The notes beneath the pieces are model-generated. The model worked only from the letters and a program-made list of their open reading frames with translations, ran no database searches and had not been told where the DNA came from. A stretch of 64,000 nt of DNA, taken from Rhynchopus sp. YZ270_cl-10 (taxonomy: Eukaryota). Where the stretch lies: positions 744,001 through 808,000 of the forward strand of contig OZ037843.1 in the NCBI GenBank assembly GCA_964035575.1. Reading direction: 5' to 3'. Every line of letters begins with the position of its first letter. Within the stretch, counting starts at the first letter, position 1. Position numbers and translations under genes: made by a program. Of the stretch, positions 26,501 through 37,751 are shown one piece after another.

Positions 26501-27217
26501 ACTAAAAAATCGAGACAAAGTGATTTTTACCTGGATTTTTGCCTGTATTTTACTAGGGATTTTCCCTTAGTAAAATACAGGGGAATTATCTAACACCTCG
26601 TCCCGAATTTTTGTCCGAGAATACGATTACTAATTAGTTACTCCACTAAATAAATCGAGCAAAAATATGGTGAACTCAGCGGAGCCCGGTTTTAAAAGTG
26701 CCAAAAACGACCTTTTCGTTTTGACGCGTTGTGAGTTCCTCAAATGCAATTTTGAAAGGTAAAAAATTCGGGTTTTCTAAGCACAAGCAGTGTTAAGTCA
26801 AAAAATTTCGCGAAAAAAAAATAGGTTTTTTTTGCGTTAAAAGCTCGGAACCCAGAAACGTCCAATGGCGAAGTTTTTTTCTGGTTTCGTTGCACCCTGT
26901 ATTTTTACTAAAAAATCGAGACAAAGTGATTTTTACCTGGATTTTTGCCTGTATTTTACTAGGGATTTTCCCTTAGTAAAATACAGGGGAATTATCTAAC
27001 ACCTCGTCCCGAATTTTTGTCCGAGAATACGATTACTAATTAGTTACTCCACTAAATAAATCGAGCAAAAATATGGTGAACTCAGCGGAGCCCGGTTTTA
27101 AAAGTGCCAAAAACGACCTTTTCGTTTTGACGCGTTGTGAGTTCCTCAAATGCAATTTTGAAAGGTAAAAAATTCGGGTTTTCTAAGCACAAGCAGTGTT
27201 AAGTCAAAAAATTTCGC
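11567..27217. repeat. Tandem satellite array, 406-bp unit, about 38.5 copies
   Basis: ACCTCGTCCC recurs at 11571, 11977, 12383, 12789 ... 27001. Units are almost identical. Each has the hairpin CCTGTATTTTACTA-GGGATTTTCCCT-TAGTAAAATACAGG. Confidence 0.98.
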
Positions 27218-28022
27218 TGGGGGGCTCCGCCCCCCAGACCCCCCAGTCGCTTCGCGGCTAAGGGCTGGGCTAAGCCTGCCCTTCGCCGCGAAGCGCCTGG
27301 GGTGGTGCTTGGTGCACTGGATTAGGACATACAAGACATGTCCTGCATTTCAGTGGATGTCCAGCCCCGAAGTCGTCTGCTGTCAGACGTATTTCTCTTG
27401 AGACTGCAATGGAGAAGACGCTTGCAACAGCTTCATCAACCGCACACGCGAGGAGGAGTGCATGTGTTGCACATATGTCCGGTCAAAGAGATCAGAGAGA
27501 GTGCACCAATGTATGAGATGTTCACACCGTACTTTATACTCGTGAAAAACTATCCCACGCGTGAACATCGAGCATTCTGATTTTCTTTAACGCCGATTCT
27601 TTTGAGAATGTGTCAGTAGGGTAACCAGGGGGTGATAACAAATATGTACTCTACCAATCGGGTCGAGAAAAAATGTCGTGAATTCTGAGAAGTGGGCCTT
27701 CCACATGCGGGTAGCTCACAAACAACAGATTCAAAACGCTGTTTGGCCTGCCTGCGACGTTGTACCGAAGGTGCATATGAAGGCCTGTTTTCCAACGTCC
27801 ATACCCCCCCTTTACGGAGGGACAACGGGTAGAACCACGGAGAATCGGTTAAGGTGCCACACCAGAAATATTTTTTTGAAATATTTTTTGGGATTGAAAT
27901 CAGCGGATCGAAATGAGTTAAATGTGGGGTCGTAGGCTCAAAAAATTGCATCTGTGGTTTATGAAGTGAACGAGGCCCAGAAGTATACGCCTAACGAGAT
28001 CTTGTCTGATATGTGAATCGCA

Positions 28023-28293
28023 CTGTACTGTACTGTACTGTACTGTACTGTACTGTACTGTACTGTACTGTACTGTACTGTACTGTACTGTACTGTACTG
28101 TACTGTACTGTACTGTACTGTACTGTACTGTACTGTACTGTACTGTACTGTACTGTACTGTACTGTACTGTACTGTACTGTACTGTACTGTACTGTACTG
28201 TACTGTACTGTACTGTACTGTACTGTACTGTACTGTACTGTACTGTACTGTACTGTACTGTACTGTACTGTACTGTACTGTACTGTACTGTAC
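28023..28293. repeat. (CTGTA)n microsatellite, about 54 units
   Basis: Directly visible 5-mer run. Confidence 0.97.
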
Positions 28294-28300
28294 AATCCCC

Positions 28301-28633
28301 TGTGTATACTGTGTATACTGTGTATACTGTGTATACTGTGTATACTGTGTATACTGTGTATACTGTGTATACTGTGTATACTGTGTATACTGTGTATACT
28401 GTGTATACTGTGTATACTGTGTATACTGTGTATACTGTGTATACTGTGTATACTGTGTATACTGTGTATACTGTGTATACTGTGTATACTGTGTATACTG
28501 TGTATACTGTGTATACTGTGTATACTGTGTATACTGTGTATACTGTGTATACTGTGTATACTGTGTATACTGTGTATACTGTGTATACTGTGTATACTGT
28601 GTATACTGTGTATACTGTGTATACTGTGTATAC
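28301..28633. repeat. (TGTGTATAC)n microsatellite, about 37 units
   Basis: Directly visible 9-mer run, 7 bp after the 5-mer run. Confidence 0.97.
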
Positions 28634-29091
28634 TACCTGTGTGTGACCATACCCCAGATGGTCTGAAGAGTGATATGAGCATATTCTCCAGGTACAATAT
28701 ATACCCGGAGAATCCATTGGAGCAAGAATTTTGCACGTTTGAGCATCACAGATTACATGTTGCCATTTTTGCGGTCATAATATTTTTTCAAATGGCAAAG
28801 GCAATTCCTTAAGGAATTACAGGGAAAATCACCGTTTTGGGTCTCTCTCTCTATGGGTGATTGGGTTTTAGTCACTCAACGAATCTGGTCGATTTTTTTT
28901 GCGTGTTCATAGGTTTTACCAGAAAAATCAATTAAAGCAAGAATTTTACGGTTTTGAATAGTTGTTCTTTATTTAAAAAAATACCCAGTTTGGACAAAAA
29001 TTTGGGATTGAGTGTAAAAAAAAATACAAAAATTAGAGCAAGAAAAAATATCAAAAAAGTTCATAAAAAAACTCATTCGAATTCCCTACAG

Positions 29092-29196
29092 GATGCGATC
29101 CAGCCCGGCAACGACTCTGCAGCGCCCAACCAGAAGCGTCCACGTCCCAAGGAGGATGACGACTCGCTTGATGACGACGACCTGCCCGGGATGTAG
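29092..29196 (+). CDS. IFT88: Probable IFT88 terminal exon 4
   Basis: Acceptor CCCTACAG|GAT in phase 0. It encodes DAIQPGNDSAAPNQKRPRPKEDDDSLDDDDLPGM*, resembling the acidic ...DDLLP tail of IFT88 proteins, and is a GC-rich island in AT-rich DNA. Confidence 0.75.
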   Translation, partial: DAIQPGNDSAAPNQKRPRPKEDDDSLDDDDLPGM

Positions 29197-29469
29197 TCCG
29201 CCAAGTCGGCTCTTTGCTGCAGTTCTTCCCATCAGTGCTGCAAAGGCGACCACTGTCTGAGTGGTGCCTCTTTAGGGTAGAGTGACCGTTAATAGAAATT
29301 AGGGGGTCGGGAGGGGAGGGGGGGGGTTTTTTTTTTTGACAGTGTGTGCCAAGGTACACTGTTCACGAGAGGGCTGTTGTATTTCAAGTCTTTTTTTTAA
29401 ATCTGCAGGGTCGTTTTGCAACGGTAAGCTTTTTTTTTATTCTTTTTTTTTTTTTTTAAATGGGTGTTT

Positions 29470-29767
29470 CAGACTCTCCGCTAGGATTTCCGATTTTGAA
29501 AATATTCTGTTGATGGTCCACGTTGGTGGGGTACATGCTTGCGCCGCAGGCTCACGGTACGCAACTTTTTTTTTTACCAACGCCCGATTTTGACTTTTTT
29601 GGGACGTTTGAGCACTCACCTCTCCATATCTTCTTCTCCTGAGCTTTTTTGACAGGTAGAACGGGTCTGAACCACTTAGCAGAACTTTTTTTTTTTTTCT
29701 TTTTTTCCCCATTTTCAAAAAGTTCTGTTGACAATCAACAGAACTTTAGTACCTAGCGGAGTGCCTG
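29470..29767. mobile_element. hAT-type MITE (copy 1), 8-bp TSD
   Basis: TIR CAGACTCTCCGCTAGG...CCTAGCGGAGTGCCTG. Perfect TSD GGGTGTTT. Confidence 0.9.
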
Positions 29768-31145
29768 GGGTGTTTCCTTCCTGGCGTTGACTCATTGCAT
29801 AACTGAACCCCTTCGCCCGGTAGTAATTCATCCAAAAAAAGGGGGGGACTTCACTTGATCGCTGGTATGGGAAAGAGTGTTACCACCCCATTTTATTTCA
29901 TTTTTAAATTTAAGAGATGCAACGCAATACCTGTCTACACTATAACCAAATTTTCAAAAAAAAAAATAACAAAAATTTAAAAAAGGGAAGGGGGGGTAAA
30001 AAATAAACAGAAAAAAAAAAAGTAGCGGCTGTCCCCTGACAATACCCGCTTTAGAGCACAATGTAAAAATAGCAAAAAAATATACTTCGTAAAAAAAAAA
30101 AAAACCTCATTTAAAACCAAGCTTTCCCACAACATTCGTTTAGAGAAGGAGAGAGAGAGAGAGGCTGAGGGGAGGGGTAGTACACGAAAGTGCGAAGGAA
30201 TTGTATCAATAAAAACAAACAAAACCAGTTATGTGTATGTTTAGGAAAGGCAACTTCCTATTAAGCCCGCCGACTCCATTTTCTTGGAGCTTCCAGGACC
30301 GTGCATGCTCCGTTCCCTACGAAGGAATGGTAAAGAAAAAGTTTTCAAACAAACAAACAAAACGAATAAAGAATAAAGGTGAGGTACGGGGGGGCAGCAA
30401 CCTCCACATTTTCCGCATTTCTATTGCTGGGTTAGCAACTCAATTCCCCAGGCGTGGTTCTCCTGACCGCTGACCACACCAGTTTCAATTTTTTGTTTTT
30501 GTTTGACGAACTGGATTGTAGGACTGCATGGTTGGGTGTCTCCCGGTCATTTGTACCAAAAGGTACACTGTTCAGGAGAGTGCTTTTGTATTTCAAGTCA
30601 AGTTTCCTTTTCAAATGTCAAAATGACCAAGAGATTTTGTAGAACCTAACCCCATGAGGGGGTTGGTGTTGTGGGGAAAAGAAAGGGGTCACGGAAGGCC
30701 TTTTTTTGAGACTTTTTTTTGGGGGGGGGGAACAGTGTGGGCTGCCACCTTTGTGCATTCCACCTTTGTCCCCCATCTTATAATTTTTGTTTTTGTCGTT
30801 CTGTTTTTTTTTTGGGAGATAGTCAGACTTACCCTACTCTATTTTGAAAAAGTTCAGACTTGCCCTATGAAAAAGTTCAGACTTGCCCGAAAATAAGTTC
30901 AGACTTGCCCTAAAAGTGTTTTTAGGGCAAGTCTGAACTTATTTTTAGGGCAAACACTTTTTTTAGGGCAAGTCTGAACTTTTTTGGGGCAAGTCTGAAC
31001 TTATTTTAGGGCAAGTCTGAACTTATTTTAGGGTAAGTTTGAACTTATTTTAGGGCAACAAGTCAGGCCACTTTGGCTGGGTACCCAGGTACCCAGGTAC
31101 CCAGGTCCAGGTCCAGGAACAGGTACCCAGGAACAGGAAAAAAGT

Positions 31146-32367
31146 CGTGAAAGAGCAACCACAGCCAACCCGCCAGTCACTGAAAAGTGACCAGACAGTC
31201 CACATGACAAACACAAAAGTGTCCAGTCACGTGGGGCATTCATGCACTGAGGAGATAATGATCCAACAATTTACAAGAAAGATTACTTAACCTACTGCTG
31301 GAAATTGCCAGGTCGTAGTAACACACAAAGTGTGCCTCCGTTCGGGAAGACCGGATATTCTAGAGACCAAAAAGGCCTCAAGAATATCTTCCGGTAGTCA
31401 AGGTAGAACCGAGTGAACGGCCCAAGACCCCCGTGGAGAAGTTAAATGTTGTAATGCTATCAGGTAGAAACTGCGAACACTGTCTTACCCTCCTCAATGC
31501 ATGGTGGTTGATGTCTTCCACAACAAATTTCCTGTACCCAGGTACCCAAATTCCCAGACCCACGCAGTGGCACATGACCGCCAAGTGTGAGTGACCCACA
31601 CATGAGGGAATGCGACACTACGCAAAATTTACCACCAGACCCTGTCTTCGTGCACCTGAAGTACAACGCCGCAGACAGGCCAAACATGCGTTGGACTCAG
31701 AGGAATGCCTGCTGTGCAGGTATCAAACATGAGAACCAACTCCCAGCAACAAGGGGCGCCTTTTGGCGGGCGTTGTTGAGGGTGTTTGGGGTGCAAAGTT
31801 TTCCACAATTTTGATGCGCGGGTACAGAAGTGTTATCTTGTTCTTTCATCTCTAGGAATGTAAATGTCAATCGCGTTTAACTACCACTAGGGCTTGTTCA
31901 GTGAACCCACAAGGGGTCGAAGGGGGTTGGTTATCCCGTATCTATCAAAGGTTGTGTCGACCAGGCTAAACCACTATGTTACGCTGTACGTTGTTAAATC
32001 CGAAGAAATAACACTTTAGCAGCCGCAGGAAGTTTGCTAAAAAGAGTGCCTCACGCTACACAAACCACCACCCGCGATTGACTTAGATGTTATAACAAAG
32101 AGAATTCAGAACAAAACAACACCCTGCCCCATACACACTAAATTGTCATGCTTCAAGAGCATGCCTGGGCCAAAATTACTGTGACAAAAAGGCAACAAGA
32201 CCACCCACAAGGAGTGTGAATTGTGCACTGGTTTTCTGGGGGAACGCAATATTTTCTTGTGCCTCGTCCTCCGTAAGCAGAGGACAGACTTTCCGGAAGG
32301 TTTCCAAAGTCGAATTTCTTGCACTAGCTATGCTCCCTGGGTTAAATGGCTATAGCAGTGACTGACA
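31146..32367. repeat. Dispersed repeat family X (about 1.2 kb), copy 1
   Basis: Highly similar to 48405-49559. Diverged copy at about 4490-5195. Inverted fragment at about 27735-27776. Confidence 0.9.
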
Positions 32368-32822
32368 GAGTGTTCCCACCACCCTTTCCACCGCATATGC
32401 GCTCGTTCTGCACAGTTGGTTCTCGATGCTGCACTCGCGATACCTGTTTAAAAGTGAAGTTGTGAGTGGTGGGGAAATTAAAGAAGGTGAATTCTTAAAA
32501 AAATAAGTTGGCTTGAGGGTTTAAAATATTGTTCTGGAGACTTTTTGGAGGAAATACGAGTCGACAGCTTTCAGGGCCGAGCAGCATAATATTATGCAAT
32601 ACATAATATACTTTGAAACGTCGTTGTGAAATGTTCTACTACAAAAAACGGGGGGGGGGCATGTCCCCTTTTGTCGTCAGCCCAGAGTCAGTAGGCTCTG
32701 CCACACCTTAGGGCGAAGAAAGCGCAATTATTTTGTTGAATATTCACCAGAAAGTTACGTATTTACCCCCACGGTACATACCTTGTCTTGCCTTCGCTGC
32801 TGTCAAGGTGCCTTCGTTCTGG

Positions 32823-32962
32823 GTACCCAGTACCCAGTACCCAGTACCCAGTACCCAGTACCCAGTACCCAGTACCCAGTACCCAGTACCCAGTACCCAG
32901 TACCCAGTACCCAGTACCCAGTACCCAGTACCCAGTACCCAGTACCCAGTACCCAGTACCCA
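32823..32962. repeat. (GTACCCA)n microsatellite, about 20 units
   Basis: Directly visible 7-mer run. Confidence 0.97.
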
Positions 32963-33246
32963 AAAATAATTTAGGTGCCCTAAACAGAAACGCAAAAACG
33001 ACGACCGCCGGGCTCTGTGACCCAAGAGCCCCCAACTTGCCCTAAAAATAAGTTCAGGTTTGCCCTAAAAATAAGTTCAGACTTGCCCCAAAAAAGTTCA
33101 GACTTGCCCTAAAAAAAGTGTTTGCCCTAAAAATAAGTTCAGACTTGCCCGAAATAAGTTCAGACTTGCCCTAAAAACACTTTTAGGGCAAGTCTGAACT
33201 TATTTTCGGGCAAGTCTGAACTTTTTCAAAATAGGGTAGGGTAAAT

Positions 33247-34054
33247 CATACTTGGACCGCCCGAAATATATTTCGGGCATTTCGGGCGATTTCGGGCGAA
33301 TTAGGGGCGGATTTCGGGCGATTTTGTGCGCCCGAAGTCGCCCGAAGTCGCCCGAAAACGCCCGAAATGCAGATTTCGGGCGAATTCGGGCGCTTTTTCC
33401 GTAGTGAAAACCGACTAGGTAGAGTTCTACTCATTTTCGCAAAAAACTTTTCCAAATTACGGGTTTTCTGACTATCATTTGCTTATTCCTACCCAAAACA
33501 CACTATGAACCGGGTTTTCACTATTTTTTCGTATTTCAGGGTGATTTTTTGTGAATTTTCGGGTCACAGGGTGGTTCTGACCCATTCTCGGGGTGTTTCG
33601 GGCCTGTAGTTGCTCAGGAGATGCCCAAAAACGTGAAAAATCGCCTTTTTACGTTTTTACTAGTATTTTAGTGTAAATTGTTAGGGAAATCGGTTTTATA
33701 CGTGGCTGCTAACAGAGCTGCACTCATATAAGTTGGGTTCTACTAGGAATTTTTGCTCAATTTTTTTTTTCTTTGAAAAAATTTTGTGCCAATCTTTCAA
33801 ATAAAGCGTTAGATTTTTACACTGATAGCATGCTTCCCAGCACACATAAGATACTGGTTGTGCGCCCGAATTCGCCCGAATCTGCCCGAAATCGCCCGAA
33901 TTCGCCCGAAATGCGCCCGAATTCGCCCGAATTACGTATAAATTCCCTTTAAAACGCCCGAAATATATTTCGGGCACATTTCGGGCGCTCGGGATCCGCG
34001 CCCGAAAAATCCGCCCGAATTCGCCCGAAATATATTTCGGGCGGTCCAAGTATG
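33247..34054. mobile_element. Non-autonomous TIR element, CATAC termini, 6-bp TSD
   Basis: TIR CATACTTGGACCGCCCGAAATATATTTCGGG. Perfect non-palindromic TSD GTAAAT. CGCCCGAA subterminal repeats. Confidence 0.9.
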
Positions 34055-34072
34055 GTAAATCTGACTATTCCC

Positions 34073-34104
<32 letters not shown>

Positions 34105-34181
34105 GAAAACTTGGTTGTATTAGTGTAGCCACCCTAGAGTGTGCTCCCCCCTTTTTTTTTTTTTTTTTTTTTTATTTCCCT

Positions 34182-34479
34182 CAGGCTCTCCGCTAGGATT
34201 TCCGATTTTGAAAATGTTCTGTTGATGGTCCACGTTGGTGGGGTACATGCTTGCGCCGCAGGCGCACGGTACGCAACTTTTTTTTTTTTCAACGCCCGAT
34301 TTTGACTTTTTTGGGACGTTTGAGCACTCACCTCTCCATATCTTCTTCTCCTGAGCTTTTTTGACAGGTAGAACGGGTCTGAACCACTTAGCAGAACTTT
34401 TTTTTTTTTTCTTTTTTTCCCCATTTTCAAAAAGTTCTGTTGACAATCAACAGAACTTTAGTACCTAGCGGAGTGCCTG
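34182..34479. mobile_element. hAT-type MITE (copy 2), 8-bp TSD
   Basis: Near-identical to 29470-29767 but with a different perfect TSD, ATTTCCCT, so an independent insertion. Confidence 0.9.
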
Positions 34480-36026
34480 ATTTCCCTTCTTTCTATCGTT
34501 GTGCCAAAATAACATAAATTTCTGTTTACTCCACCTCACCCCCCTCCCCCCTTCACCCCTTAGTTCCTGGCCCCACCCCCTTTCCGTTCGGGAGTCCCTT
34601 CTTCCTTCTCTCCCCACTTAAAAAAAAAAAAATAGTTAACAACAACTTAAGCCCATTCCTAACAGAACAGAGAGTTTTTATTGGGGTAGGGCAATCTTTT
34701 TTTTTTATTTTTAAAAAATACGAAAAAAACCCTGAAAGTAACACTCACACCTAATAAAGAACGAGGACCCACCCATTTCCCTCCATCTATCTCTCTCTTC
34801 CCCCCCTTTTTTTTTATTCCAGAAAAAAAAAAAAAAACGATTCTGACAACTCCTGCGAAGCGTACTCATTCTGTTTGCTCTAGTGGAGGTGACCGCGGAC
34901 ACATTTGTACAGTGCGTTCTGTACAAATACAAACAATTCCCTCCCAAAACAAAATAGAAAAAGGACTCTGACACCTCCTGCCACTCCGAACGCAGAAGAA
35001 ATAACGTATTTGCGTCTCTTAGTGAGGTGACTGTGGACACATTTGTACAAAAAGCCTTTGTACAAATACAAACAAATCCCTTTCGAACAAAATAAAATAG
35101 AAAAAGGACTCTGACACCTACTGCAAAGCGTACTCCCTTCTATTTGCTCTCTTTTTAAGGATCCTGTGAAAGAAAAACCGTGGCTGCCTATCTAGGTGAT
35201 AGTAGTCTATCAAAACGAAACTTTCAATTTCTTCCCCCGTTAAGGTGACTAACGCGAGTCTTAGTATCGTACAAAGCGTACTCCTTCTATTTGCTCTCTT
35301 TTTAAGGATCCGTGTGAAAAGAAAAAAAAACGCTGCCTATCTAGGTGGATAGTAGTCTATTAGGAAACAAAATATTTGCTCTAGTGGACATCCGAGGAAT
35401 CCTCACGCGCTATCTTCGCTGACCCTTCCTGGAAAAGGATGCTCGGGCGACAGGGGCCTGTCATATGAATTATGATGGGGGCAATTACCACAATACAGCC
35501 ACCCACGAGGTATCCCACACCCTGAATGCCAAGTTTCTTTTATTGAAAACTTGCTTGTATTAGTGTAGCCACCCTAGAGTGTGATCCACTATTTTATTAT
35601 TAGTTTCTTTAGACACATCGCATCACTGTTCCCACAAAAAAACAACAACACCAACAACTACAGAACAAATACAACAAAAAGAAATAGTCTACACCTCTCC
35701 CCCACCTACACACCCCCAGCTCCACCTCGTTGACCCCCCTCCCTCTCTTCCCCTTTCCCCTTCCTCAGGGTACCGTTTTTTCTGATTCTCTCTCTTTATT
35801 CTCTATTGATTTCGTACATTTTTTATCAACTTCAGATTATTTTCCTGCTCCGTATGGCGTTCTTGTAGTTTTATTTTTTCTTCTTTTTTTTTTCCTCTTT
35901 TTTCTAAACCTCCGAATTGCGTGGGAGCTCACACATAATAACAAAAGCGAGTCTACACAGTATCAAATTGTTTATTTCAAAAGGTTTCTTAAACGAATTT
36001 CAAAGAAAAACCATTTTTTTACCACA

Positions 36027-37751
36027 ATGTTTCGCATCCGCACCTTTCTTGACAGTGTCTACAGTATGGACGGCACATTACCACTCCGCGACGCCCTCAA
36101 GCGAAGGGGGTTGTTCATTGTGATGGTCCTCGCCCTGCTTCTGTGCGTGGTCAGTGTATTGCTCCGTCTACGCGACCCGGAGGCACATGGTGTGCTGCTT
36201 GGCTCTTTAGGGCTTATTGTAGTTGCAAACTCTATTGTGATTTGCGGGTTGCTCAGTAAACGCAGGCTGAACGACATTGTTGTGGTCGGGTGTATTTATA
36301 TGTGTGGGATGTCTGTCTGCTTTATTGATCTCAATGCTCGGGCAGGAGGGACCGTAATGTGGCCAAGCCTGGTTCTCATTGTCGACCTTCTGTTAGTGAT
36401 GCGGGTCAATGAGCTCTACACGGTTGGGTTTGTTTGTGTCTCTGTCGCATGGCTTGCGGTTCTTGCAGCAGAATCTGTACTTCGATTTGGCTTGATGGAC
36501 CTTCCAGGTCTTCTCCCCCAAGACGGCCCTGGGGGGAGAAGGGAGCTGCTCGACAAGATGTCCTCCTGTGAAAACCCTCCTTGCGCGCAAAGCTTTGGGG
36601 CAGGGGTTTTGGGGTTTTTGGCAGGGATGACTGTCTTCATAATTGATTTTATTACTACCAGAGGGTTTGCGCGGGAAGTCCTGAAGGAGCAGGCAACAAT
36701 GGAGAGAACGATCACAGCGGTGCAAGAGATTGCAGGGCTTCTCGCATTGTACGATGTTGACACCGTGGCGCGGCTGTTGGACAGTCATGAAGGGCTCCTA
36801 CCTCAGGGGATGGAGGCTGCGTTGCGCACTTTAGAAGAGAATTTGAGAGTGTATCGTGCGTATCTTCCAAAGACCTGCCTTTCATTCGATTCATCCGATG
36901 AAAATGAACCCGAAACTCCGGTCACAGTACAAGACCGCTCCAGCATTCTCTCGGGCAACTCCGCAATGATCTGTAGGGCAGCGGGAATGGGTGTGCTATC
37001 GACGGTGAAGGCCACACTTTTGACAGTCAATATAAAAAACAGTGGTGGTATAGTAGAAGTAGGCGACTGTTTTGCCACCTTGTTCACCTCGTTGCTGTTG
37101 AAGACGCTCTCCGCTATCAACAGTGCTCGGGGGATGGTCGACGTCTTTGTAGGGGACCGGATCTATTGTTCGTTCAATGCGTCAAGACAGTGTGATACGC
37201 ATGCGTCTGCAGCTCTCCACGCTGCAGCACGCTTTCTTATCGAAGAGTCCCCCGCCGTCAACATCGGGGTAGCAACAGGCAGCGTTCTACGAGGGGATAT
37301 GGGGTGTGATGTGATGCGCCGCTTCAGCATGATCGGTTCGTTGGTCAGCCATGTTCATGCAATAGAGAGAACTGCGTACCTGCTTGGGCGTATTGTGTTA
37401 TGCAACCGTCTTTGCTTTCAAGAGGCGGAATGTGAACACCCTCTGCGTCTGCTGCCGTGTTTGCTGCAAATGGAGGAACAGAGCGCTCCGCAAGCGGTGG
37501 CAGAGCTTGTCGCAGTTAAGAGAGAAGATAAAGCTGTGTCGTCTCGAGCGCGAGGTCCAGAGGAATGGATGTACGTCATCGGGAATAAGGAGTGGGGGGA
37601 CTACAACGCCGCTGTGCAGCTCTATCTAAAAGGGGGCAGCACCGCTGCCGTGTTGGCAGCAGCTGGCGACAAGGCTGTGGAGTTGCGAGCTGCGTTAGAT
37701 ACCACCACAGTCAAAGGGGGGCTGGTGAAAATGTTCCCGAGGCATACCTAA
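36027..37751 (+). CDS. Multi-pass membrane protein with degenerate class III adenylate/guanylate cyclase domain (about 574 aa)
   Basis: About 5-6 hydrophobic segments, a helical linker, then ATLLTVNIKN, GMVDVFVGDRIYCSFN, NIGVATGSVLRGDMG and RRFSMIGSLV, which match the cyclase fold. The ORF-track start at 35730 is a TTG in T-rich UTR-like DNA. The first ATG is 36027. Confidence 0.8.
   Translation: MFRIRTFLDSVYSMDGTLPLRDALKRRGLFIVMVLALLLCVVSVLLRLRDPEAHGVLLGSLGLIVVANSIVICGLLSKRRLNDIVVVGCIYMCGMSVCFIDLNARAGGTVMWPSLVLIVDLLLVMRVNELYTVGFVCVSVAWLAVLAAESVLRFGLMDLPGLLPQDGPGGRRELLDKMSSCENPPCAQSFGAGVLGFLAGMTVFIIDFITTRGFAREVLKEQATMERTITAVQEIAGLLALYDVDTVARLLDSHEGLLPQGMEAALRTLEENLRVYRAYLPKTCLSFDSSDENEPETPVTVQDRSSILSGNSAMICRAAGMGVLSTVKATLLTVNIKNSGGIVEVGDCFATLFTSLLLKTLSAINSARGMVDVFVGDRIYCSFNASRQCDTHASAALHAAARFLIEESPAVNIGVATGSVLRGDMGCDVMRRFSMIGSLVSHVHAIERTAYLLGRIVLCNRLCFQEAECEHPLRLLPCLLQMEEQSAPQAVAELVAVKREDKAVSSRARGPEEWMYVIGNKEWGDYNAAVQLYLKGGSTAAVLAAAGDKAVELRAALDTTTVKGGLVKMFPRHT

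Larger units (their letters stand above)
30814..34072. mobile_element. Foldback-like non-autonomous element with cargo and nested insertion
   Basis: Left end ATAGTCAGACTTACCCTACTCTATTTTGAAAAAGTTCAGACTTGCCC. The right end is its reverse complement once 33247-34054 is removed. GGGCAAGTCTGAACTT arrays lie at 30850-31060 and 33035-33225. Flanks are T-rich. Confidence 0.75.

Noticed and set aside
11567..27217. Array as CRISPR, SL-RNA or 5S rRNA gene tandem
   Set aside because: There are no unique spacers, and I could not recognise a euglenozoan spliced-leader, 5S or tRNA sequence in the unit on either strand.
35730..36026. N-terminal 99 aa of the 673-aa ORF
   Set aside because: TTG start and T-rich low-complexity sequence typical of UTR or polypyrimidine tract.
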